From: Octopus bimaculoides
Taxonomy: Eukaryota
Length of the DNA stretch: 64,000 nt
Assembly: GCF_001194135.2 (NCBI RefSeq)
Contig: NC_068992.1
Location: 66,227,427-66,291,426 of the forward strand
Direction: 5' to 3'
The notes beneath the pieces were generated by a model. It had not been told where the DNA came from and searched no databases. It was given only the letters and a program-made list of their open reading frames with translations. Shown here piece by piece: positions 61,492 through 64,000 of the stretch. Numbering within the stretch: the stretch's first letter is position 1; every line of letters begins with the position of its first letter. Both the position numbers and the translations under genes were made by a program.

Positions 61492-62344
61492 ACTACGAAT
61501 TTCCCAGTAAACTTGATTCTGAATTATCAGTTCGTTTTGAGGTTGGGGTAGGGTTGCTGTCTAGTAATTCCAGAATATTACTTTGAAATGCCACATCTTT
61601 AGAGCACCCCTGTCAAAGACTGGAATTAAATGATTAAGTGAAATACACGAGTCTACATGTTATATGTTTATAAATATACAGTCTACATCAATTAAATGGA
61701 ATTACTAATTAATTAAGTTTCTGTGTTAAATCAAATTAAATGTGAATTAAATTCATGTGGTTTCATGAATGAGTATAATAGCTTTTTTGAAAAGGGTTAA
61801 TTTAGAACAGGGGAGACTACTCATCGCATCTTCCACCCGTTTTGTACGTTTCTATGATTGAATTTGATTTCATTCTCTAGATGAATGCTTTCTTTGGTAG
61901 ATGTTAGGCAACAACTTTGGCATGAGTAGTTAATTGCTGTTGATTTTGTGCTTTGTGATCCAGTTTTCTACATGGACGGATGGTCTAAGGAAAACCGTAT
62001 AACAATGGTTTCAAACTGACAGTAGTCTTAATGCCCTGAGGCTGTAGATTTTCATATAGTGCATGTGTGTCTGTGTGTGTAGCATTGAGAACCGTAAATA
62101 TATATCAGCATCACTGTCATCTTTAATATTTACTTTTCCATTCCTGTATGAATCAGAATTTGTGGGGAAAGATTTTTCTACAGCCAGATACCCTTCCTAT
62201 TGTCAAATAAGGTAATATTTCTCCATGGCTAGACATGTTTTCATGGAAGACTGAATATTTATGACACTTTGTCCAACAGTGGTGCCCAGTTACATTTGTA
62301 ATGTGATCTCAACACAAGGAGGCACACGCATGCACGCGTGCCTC

Positions 62345-62830
62345 CATATTCTTTTACTGGTTTCAGTCATTTGACTGTGGCCATGCTGGAGTACTGCCTT
62401 CAGTCAAACAAATTGACCCCAGGACTTATTCTTTGTAAGCCTAATACTTATTATATCAGTTTCCTGTTGAACCGCTCAGATACAGAGACGTAAACACACC
62501 AACATTGGTTGTTGAGTGATGGTGGGGAACAAACACACACACACATATACACGACAGGCTTCTTTCAGTTTCCATCTACCAAATCCACTCAGAAGGATTT
62601 GGTTGACCCGAGGCTATAGTACAAGACATTTACCCAAGGTGCCACACAGTGGGACTGAACCTAGAACCATGTGGTTAGAAAGCAACTTTCTTGTCACCCA
62701 AATCCACTCACAAAGCTTTGGTTGGTTGGGGGCTCTAGTATAAGGCACTTGCTTGCCCTAAGTGCCATACAGTGGGACTGAACCCAAAGCCATATGCTTG
62801 TGAAGCAAACTTCTTAATTACAAAGCCATG
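62345..62830 (-). mobile_element. Family D SINE (body + CA tract + head) plus a second tandem head
   Basis: Body 62345-62520 as at 16660-16810; inverted heads at 62545-62700 and 62700-62830. Confidence 0.75.
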
Positions 62831-62912
62831 ATGATGTGTCTGTATGTAAAAGATTTTATGTATGTGCATATGTGTATGTATCTATGCATATATACATGTG
62901 TGTGTATGTATG

Positions 62913-62961
<49 letters not shown>
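62913..62961. repeat. (GATA)n microsatellite
   Basis: About 12 TAGA units. Confidence 0.95.
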
Positions 62962-64000
62962 GTGTGTGTGTATAGAGTGAGAGGGTGGTAGGATTTTGAG
63001 TGGAGCTGCATCAAATCTATTTAGAATTGGAATGTCTCCAGCCAGAGCTGAGAGGAAGGCCAATATTCTCCATTGCAGCTTTTCACACAGTGCTTTGGAT
63101 GTGTTTACACCCATTCACCTGGAAATAGAATATTAAGCACTTTCCATCAGGAGGGAAGCTGTTGGAGGTAAAGAATTTTTGCAGTGGAATAGAGAAGAGG
63201 GAGTAATGATGTGGTGATAGTGAGGAGTAATGAAAGAATCTATGAGAGAGTGAGGGGGAAGGGGAAGAGATGTGTAGACTTGGTTTATTGCTTTATATTC
63301 TAGAAATTATGCTGCTATGAATGTATCTGGTGATGGAAATAGAAGACAAGATGTGGAGAAGAAAGAGAAGATAGGAGTCTGACAGATAGAGAAGACAGAA
63401 GACAGGGCGGGCGGGGAGGCAGACTGGGGGAGGAGGAGATAAAGACTGAATTAAAAGGGGGAAAAAAAGACTAAAGATGAGTGGAGGGGGTGTGAGTAAA
63501 GGAAACAGCAGACAGAAAGAGAAGAAGAAGAGAGAAGGAGAGAGATGGTGATGAAGTGGGGAGAGGAGAGACTAGGGAGAAGCTGAGAGTGGAAGATGGT
63601 TGGCTGCTTTGAAAAGGAACTAATTCATGTGTAACACAGAAATTACTAATGGGATTTTGCAATGAAAGTGAGGCATGTTGTGAGGGGTGGGGGCGGGAGA
63701 GTGAGAGAGTCTTTGAATCAGACTAGGTAAAAGTGTCATATTCTTGTGAGGTTTCAGCCATGTCTCTGCAGGTCAGGATGGCAGTGTGTGTGTGCGCGCG
63801 CGCGTGTGGTTTATTGAAATTGAAATCTCTTTCTCTACACCAGTTATTGAGCCCTCTCTTCCCCTTTTGTTTGTTGTTGTTAAACTAACACTTCAGTGTT
63901 ACTGTTCGTCAACATGCTCTTTACTTCCATTCTTTTAATGTTGACATAGAGTTTCTCAGCACGACTAAATTATATGATTATTAATAAAAAGACATACCTT

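Overview
AT-rich, microsatellite- and SINE-dense animal genomic DNA with three N gaps. The repeat families and composition point to a coleoid cephalopod, most likely Octopus (inference). Most of the window is the 5' part of one very large + strand gene, an ASH1L/ash1-like H3K36 methyltransferase. Three coding exons join in frame with matching splice phases: 6501-7250 (phase 0), a giant 6,769-nt exon 39151-45919 (phase 0/1) and 48533-49802 (phase 1/2). Together they encode about 2,930 mostly low-complexity residues, including four AT-hooks and three short blocks matching my recollection of vertebrate ASH1L. No AWS/SET/bromo/PHD/BAH exon is recognisable, so the catalytic part should lie beyond 64000. 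Upstream are a likely bidirectional promoter (about 4.5-5.7 kb) and a 1.1-kb degenerate ~22-bp TAATC minisatellite. The introns hold mariner fossils, RTE LINE fragments, a hAT-type MITE and many tRNA-derived SINEs. The most intriguing signals are: (1) a tRNA-headed element carrying a near-canonical Penelope-type minimal hammerhead ribozyme and an inverted 5' duplication (15543-15890); (2) two candidate regulatory motifs in the ASH1L giant exon, a beta-TrCP-type DSGIQS degron and an ATXN1/MeCP2-like CLPPKKR motif; (3) a candidate alternative first exon (MAQ) and a 21-nt microexon. Repeat boundaries are approximate. No database searches were run; all homology statements are from memory.
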